In this document: positions 29,010-31,722 of the stretch, piece by piece | Position numbering within the stretch: position 1 is the stretch's first letter | Layout: every line of letters begins with the position of its first letter | UHGV virus genome: UHGV-0068509 | From: a virus | DNA length: 31,722 nucleotides | Direction: 5' to 3' (one strand) | Program-made: the position numbers and the translations under genes | The notes under the pieces: generated by a model | Databases searched by the model: none | What the model was told of the DNA's origin: nothing | Seen by the model: only the letters and a program-made list of their open reading frames with translations

Positions 29010-29311
29010 TGCAAAAGCATTCAGCACAATGTCCAACTCCCCAGTCCGACATTGATGCTGTTTAACCAGAGCCTCCAAAAGGAGCCCTTGTTAAGGTACA
29101 CAATATTTGCGATGTAACCTTAGCGCGTCTGGTACATTTTTTCAAGCGGTTGTAGGGCTGCCGCCAATATGAGAAAACACAGATGTCTACATACAATTTG
29201 AATGACCAATTCGATCGAGAAGTTCATGTGAATGCCTATGAACGGATAAGGCATGGAAATCTTGAACATGTGTGTGAGCATTATCGCTCAAGGCCACACC
29301 GCTAATCATCA

Positions 29312-29339
29312 ACCCGGCCTCAGCGCCGGGTTTTCTTTG
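29312..29339 (+). terminator. Intrinsic terminator (tIMM-like) upstream of oL/pL
   Basis: Hairpin ACCCGGC-CTCAGC-GCCGGGT followed by TTTTCTTT. Confidence 0.65.
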
Positions 29340-29518
29340 CCTCTCGATCCCCCACCTAAAAAAAACATAACTCATTGTATTTATTGAAAAACTGATTGAT
29401 ACAACTTGCTAAACCACGCAATCCAGATCTCCCTCAAATCTCTTTATTTATCCTGTCGAATTCCTACAACAAAATAAAACACCATAAGAATCAATACGAT
29501 ATTTGAAAATCAAAAGAA

Positions 29519-29562
29519 TTTATCATTTTGCTATTGCCATTAATTTATCATTCCGATAAAGT
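29519..29562 (+). promoter_or_regulatory. oL/pL: operator sites with TTTATCA half-sites overlapping a candidate leftward-operon promoter
   Basis: TTTATCATTTTGCTATT and TTTATCATTCCGATAAA; -35 TTGCCA (29534-29539), 17-nt spacer, -10 TAAAGT (29557-29562). Confidence 0.55.
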
Positions 29563-29630
29563 TTGCCCATCAGCAGGACGCACTACTCACCAGGGCGGTG
29601 AATATACAACGATTCGAATATGAATCTACG

Positions 29631-29645
29631 GCGCTGACAAAGCGC
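29631..29645 (+). promoter_or_regulatory. nutL: nutL boxB hairpin
   Basis: GCGC-TGACAAA-GCGC, matching the P22-type boxB as I recall it; upstream of the N-like gene. Confidence 0.6.
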
Positions 29646-29678
29646 AATAACCAAAGTGAACTTTGGGGTGTGGTGAAG
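29641..29678 (+). repeat. Leader repeat A, copy 1 (38 bp; contains hairpin CCAAAGT-GA-ACTTTGG)
   Basis: Identical 38-bp copy at 29918-29955. Confidence 0.8.
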
Positions 29679-29874
29679 CCAGCTAGTCACTGGCAAGTGC
29701 TTACCTACTGTTGAGCGGTGAAGCGCTCCCAACGCTAGCAATAGCGTGGACGAGATGGGGAGCCGCGGGCGATAAGGCCGCCATAACGCGCACGTTGTCG
29801 CATGGAAAAATCACTGGGGTGCCGGTTATACCCCTCCGAATGAGACTCAACAAGCTGGAGCTAGACTACCAGCC

Positions 29875-29918
29875 ACCACACCACCAAAGTTCATCAGGAG
29901 GTCTATATGACACGCAGA
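29875..29918 (+). repeat. Leader repeat B, copy 1 (44 bp; contains RBS AGGAGG, ATG and the first four N codons)
   Basis: Identical 44-bp copy at 30056-30099, which is the genuine N start; this copy opens a mini-ORF MTRRAQ (29907-29927). Confidence 0.8.
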
Positions 29919-29955
29919 GCGCAATAACCAAAGTGAACTTTGGGGTGTGGTGAAG
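29918..29955 (+). repeat. Leader repeat A, copy 2
   Basis: Identical to 29641-29678. Confidence 0.8.
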
Positions 29956-30055
29956 GGTTCATGGACGGGAATATGTCGCACGTAAAGCGGCGAGGCCTGC
30001 GGGACTATTGCCGAATTGAAGTAGGCCGAAACAGGTCGAAATGGGTCTCCCACCT

Positions 30056-30099
30056 ACCACACCACCAAAGTTCATCAGGAGGTCTATATGACACGCAGA
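30056..30099 (+). repeat. Leader repeat B, copy 2 (genuine N translation-initiation region)
   Basis: Identical to 29875-29918. Confidence 0.8.
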
Positions 30100-30471
30100 A
30101 CTCAGTTCAAAGGCAATTCACGTTCTCGTCGTCGTGAGCGTTTAAAGGCAAAGGCATTAGCTAACGGCGTACTGGCCCGCGAAGAAGCAATAAGTTCAGA
30201 AGTATTACACCGCCCTACTCTAAGCAGAGCGCAGATTCAGGCTAAAGGTACTCACGAAACGCCTGAGCGCATAGAAGACGCTAAGCCAATTAAGTTCATG
30301 GCACAGGACGTGATCTGGCAACAGAAAGAATACAGACGCAATCTGGAGCGAGCGGCCATTGTGTACGCGAATGAGTTTGGACATAAGCAACCAGAAACTG
30401 GTGTATGTCTTCCAAACGTAGCCATTTACTCGGCAGGCTACCGGAAATCAAAACAACTGACGGCGAGGTAA
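30088..30471 (+). CDS. N: N-like early antiterminator (P22 gp24 family) with Arg-rich RNA-binding N-terminus
   Basis: MTRRTQFKGNSRSRRRERLKAKA (arginine-rich motif); C-terminus ...VAIYSAGYRKSKQLTAR resembles P22 gp24. Confidence 0.8.
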   Translation: MTRRTQFKGNSRSRRRERLKAKALANGVLAREEAISSEVLHRPTLSRAQIQAKGTHETPERIEDAKPIKFMAQDVIWQQKEYRRNLERAAIVYANEFGHKQPETGVCLPNVAIYSAGYRKSKQLTAR

Positions 30472-30474
30472 GTG

Positions 30475-30699
30475 ATGAATCAGACATACATTCCATCATG
30501 CTTGAGAAATCTGCCAAAGCAGAAAGCAAAGCCCCGCAAGCAAGCCATAAAGGACGCTAAGGCAGAGGTTATTGATCAAGCAATACAATTGCTCAGGGAG
30601 GAGTTAAGAAGTGGCAAGCTCGAAGGAATGATGATGCCCTATCAGCGCGGATATCTATCGGCGATTAGTAAGTTGGAAGTATTGAAGAGTGAATTATGA
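30475..30699 (+). CDS. Hypothetical early-left protein (74 aa)
   Basis: ATG 4 nt after the N stop with RBS GAGGT; basic, helical. Confidence 0.5.
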   Translation: MNQTYIPSCLRNLPKQKAKPRKQAIKDAKAEVIDQAIQLLREELRSGKLEGMMMPYQRGYLSAISKLEVLKSEL

Positions 30700-30763
30700 A
30701 CTATCTGGAATTTCCGGATGGTTCATTGTTTTGGCAGCAAACCAATTATTTGAGAGCTGATAC

Positions 30764-31006
30764 ATGAGAGTAAAAACTATGGGCGCAAGCCCATTAAGCG
30801 GTCGTATTTTTCAAGGAACATTAAACACTGAAAAAGGAATGTGGGTAGGAAAGAAAGAAGATGTCACCGATCAGGCAGTTAGGGCAGTAGCCGAACACAT
30901 GATGATAAAAGACCAGAAATATGCATACGAAACGAAGGATGGCAAATGGCTGATAATAAGTCATCAACTGGTTGATAAATTACCAGAAGAGTTTGTTGAT
31001 GGTTAA
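30764..31006 (+). CDS. Hypothetical early-left protein (80 aa)
   Basis: ORF on the pL-transcribed strand; no recognised family. Confidence 0.45.
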   Translation: MRVKTMGASPLSGRIFQGTLNTEKGMWVGKKEDVTDQAVRAVAEHMMIKDQKYAYETKDGKWLIISHQLVDKLPEEFVDG

Positions 31007-31031
31007 ATTTGCTTTGGCATAAACAACAGAG

Positions 31032-31325
31032 GTGGATATGAAAGAGTTTAAGGGTACGCCTGGTAAATGGAAGTACACGGTTAGAAACGTCAACGAGATG
31101 ATGACTACGTTCCATGGTGTGACGATTGGTGACACATACATTGAAGCAGCAACAAGAAATGAAAGGGAGGATGCGCTACTGATAGCAGCAGCTCCTGACC
31201 TTCTCGAAGCACTTCAGTTATTACTTAAGCAAACCAAAAATAGAACAACGACAACATATCCAGAATGGTATGGAGCTGTTAATAAAGGTATCGCAGCAAT
31301 CAGAAAAGCTCTTGGGGATAAGTAA
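31032..31325 (+). CDS. Hypothetical early-left protein (97 aa)
   Basis: ORF on the pL-transcribed strand; stop overlaps the next start (TAATG). Confidence 0.45.
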   Translation: MDMKEFKGTPGKWKYTVRNVNEMMTTFHGVTIGDTYIEAATRNEREDALLIAAAPDLLEALQLLLKQTKNRTTTTYPEWYGAVNKGIAAIRKALGDK

Positions 31326-31513
31326 TGAAAGTAAAAATAACTGCTTCTAATACCAGTTTTGTTAGTGTTGGTGATATTACAGAAGTAATAACAAACCATG
31401 ATGGAACACAAGTTATGTGGTCTGATTTTTGTAAAAGATATGAGCGAGTCACTTGGTGTAAACTCGTATGGGGAGTCGAATACGAAGAATTACCTGAAAT
31501 GCATGACGAATAA
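31325..31513 (+). CDS. Hypothetical early-left protein (62 aa)
   Basis: Translationally coupled to the upstream ORF. Confidence 0.45.
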   Translation: MKVKITASNTSFVSVGDITEVITNHDGTQVMWSDFCKRYERVTWCKLVWGVEYEELPEMHDE

Positions 31514-31518
31514 GCACT

Positions 31519-31546
31519 GTGTATTCATTCCAACGAGTGAATACAC
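31519..31546. repeat. 9-bp inverted repeat GTGTATTCA / TGAATACAC with 10-nt spacer
   Basis: Exact reverse-complement arms directly after the last early-left ORF. Confidence 0.5.
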
Positions 31547-31607
31547 GGAGCAATGTCGCTCGTAACTAAACAGGAGCCGACTTGTTCTGATTATTGGAAA
31601 TCTTCTT

Positions 31608-31636
31608 TGCCCTCTAATGTGAGGGCAATTTTTTTG
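31608..31636 (+). terminator. Intrinsic terminator in the early-left operon
   Basis: Hairpin TGCCCTC-TAATGT-GAGGGCA followed by ATTTTTTTG. Confidence 0.6.
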
Positions 31637-31722
31637 ACGGAGGATATATGAGTGAAGTAACAGATTTGTAAGCGTGCAGTGAGAACCGTATTGACGAAGT
31701 GAAGCTGGTCAGGCAGGCAGAG

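Noticed and set aside
29641-30099. Possible CRISPR array or retron-like repeat structure
   Set aside because: Only two copies each of two different repeats with unequal spacing, no cas genes and no reverse transcriptase; better explained as duplicated N-leader elements.

Overview
This window is most of a P22-like (short-tailed, lambdoid) temperate phage or prophage genome from an enterobacterial host, with almost every gene on the minus strand. Read in the direction of transcription (high to low coordinates, minus strand) it contains: a lambda-type early-right region (cro, cII, a small basic ORF, O-like initiator with internal iterons, DnaB-like helicase, tR2-like terminator, then a nin region with YbcN-like, Dam-like methyltransferase, NinE, NinF, Rha-like antirepressor, YbcO, RusA, NinH and Q); two tRNA genes (Thr-UGU, Asn-GUU) and a tR'-like terminator; the lysis cassette (holin, endolysin, Rz/Rz1); an accessory stretch (DUF2829/Tad2-like protein, a 59-aa ORF, a cytoplasmic trypsin-like serine protease, two small ORFs); and the P22-type morphogenesis operon (terS with internal pac site, terL, portal, scaffold, coat, gp4, gp10, gp26 needle, gp14, ejection proteins gp7/gp20/gp16, tailspike). 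On the plus strand are the cI repressor, an isolated 173-aa gene with its own promoter, palindromic operator and flanking terminators in the cI-pL immunity hotspot, then oL/pL, nutL, a duplicated leader element, the N-like antiterminator and small early-left ORFs. No integrase, att site, CRISPR array or rRNA is visible. The two best candidates for an undescribed system are the protease-centred module between the lysis cassette and terS, and the self-contained 173-aa gene between cI and pL. All homology statements are from reading the translations and recalling known phage proteins; no database search was run.
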